Shown: positions 62,371 through 64,000 of the stretch, in pieces
Layout of the letters: the number at the start of each line of letters is the position of its first letter
How positions within the stretch are numbered: position 1 is the first letter of the stretch
Origin: Antedon mediterranea
Lineage: Eukaryota > Animalia > Echinodermata
Reading direction: 5' to 3'
DNA length: 64,000 nt
Assembly: GCF_964355755.1 (NCBI RefSeq)
Contig: NC_092676.1
Location: forward strand, 19,920,871 to 19,984,870
The notes under the pieces: generated by a model
What the model was told of the DNA's origin: nothing
The model's input: the letters and a program-made list of their open reading frames with translations, nothing else
Database searches by the model: none
Program-made: the position numbers and the translations under genes

Positions 62371-64000
62371 TCCACCCTCAAGTGGATACTTCCAAACATA
62401 CCATCCATAGCCGTTTTAATCAAACAGATACCACTTAAACATACAGTATATTACTGTATGTTTCGCAGCCATTACAAAGATACTGTACAACACTGTAAAA
62501 TAACATACTGTAGTGGTAAATTCTTAAAGAGCTATTTGTTAACTGTATTATACAATATATTACTTGCACTAATAATATGAAACCAAAAGTTACAAAAAAC
62601 ATAAATAAAATAAAAATATTATTATATTCACAACTAATAAATTAGTGTGACAGTTGAGAAAAAAACACTGTAGTTACTCAATATATATATCATACTGTAT
62701 GTATTATCCAATAATATTGACATTTTTGTATAAAATCATATCATCATATCAAAAAGATTCCCGTATCTATATTGTACAGTGATCATATGCAAACTCTGTT
62801 ATATACAAAACATGTTAACATGTGACACCTGTATTATATATTAGGCCATAAGCCTAACTGAAACTTAACATGTTACAGGCACCACATGTGATGTGACACA
62901 GTATATAGAATCTGCCTATGATACTGTACAATGCCATATATGGAGATACAGTACAGAGAATCTGGTGTTCAAAACTATATTTTCCACTAAAACATTCATG
63001 ACAATGGCTCGTGCGTTTAAAATCATATTTTCCCTTTTCAAAATCATTTCGGTTCTATTACTCTCCTATATTCAATAAATCAATTTTGTTTTGTGAAAAG
63101 TGAGACAAACACAATTGCAAGCGACGACAAAAACAAACCGCTGTATGACAGGCCAACAATGATTCATAACACATCAGAAATATTTATTATCATAATACAT
63201 TTTAAATTTATCTAATTATGAGCAGATTAAATTTCCTTAAAACATGGCAGTATTCGTTTTCAAATTAATTGCGTATGATTTAATTTTGCTAGCATTAAGT
63301 GAACAATTCACTTAGTAACTAATGGCGAAAAACCAAACAATGGACAGTCAGTTTTCTCCCGATAACGGTTTCTTCTTTTGCGTAAATTATCAATTGAATC
63401 ATTTTTCTGGCTCTCAGCCAATGAACACAGTCGTGGGTTTTGATCAATGGGAACATTTTCTATGACTGTATTGTGTAAATCTTTTACAAAAATATTGTAA
63501 ATTAACTGTTTATATTATTGCGGTATGCAAGTTGAAAATAGTCGCGTAATAAAAACATTAAATGAATACAGAGAATGTAAAAAAATTATTTAGTGTGAAC
63601 CAAATACAGTGAAAAATTAACATAATGGTAATTCTCTTTTTTCTGTGGTCATTACATTCCGAGCGTTAATTTGATACAAGTAATTTGTATCAAAAAGATC
63701 CACAGTGCAATCGCCAGAGGCTATCTTCTGCTATATAATCATATTCTTTATGTTTCCAGTTTAGTAAAGCTTAAATAAAATAATTTCAGATTCACCTATA
63801 CTTCACAGATTCCATGACAGATTTGATTTCTTGTTAAATTTTTAATATTTTTTTACTTAAGTTCTTTTGATGCATCTGTTTTTGAGATGTAATATTTTCT
63901 TACTAATGTTTATCATGGGTTTTTATGGTTTTTGGTAATTTCTAGTGATCTAATAATGGTTCACAATTTTTCTCTACTTTTTCTTCTGAACTTACGTCAC

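Overview
AT-rich, intron-containing eukaryotic (invertebrate metazoan) genomic DNA. An echinoderm-like deuterostome is a plausible guess from the SINE families and protein similarity, but this is not provable here. Three protein-coding genes were reconstructed by hand with consistent GT-AG junctions and reading phases. (1) The 3' ten exons of a DENND2/ST5-family Rab GEF (+, 757-10399). (2) A complete four-exon TAF11 (+, 15714-17476, 221 aa), with one good and one weaker H/ACA snoRNA candidate in its introns. (3) Nine exons of a KIM-family MAPK tyrosine phosphatase, PTPRR/PTPN5/PTPN7-like (-, 24301-32165), whose 5' end is unresolved; two candidate ATG-terminated first exons lie at about 42.6 and 48.5 kb. 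The rest is dense with non-autonomous mobile DNA: Harbinger, hAT, pogo and Kolobok-like MITEs, an Academ-like long-TIR element with a LINE in one arm, a Helitron, and 5S-, Deu- and CORE-type SINEs. Tandem repeats are also abundant, including a 2.4-kb higher-order satellite made entirely of hairpins just upstream of TAF11. No prokaryotic or CRISPR-type system is present.
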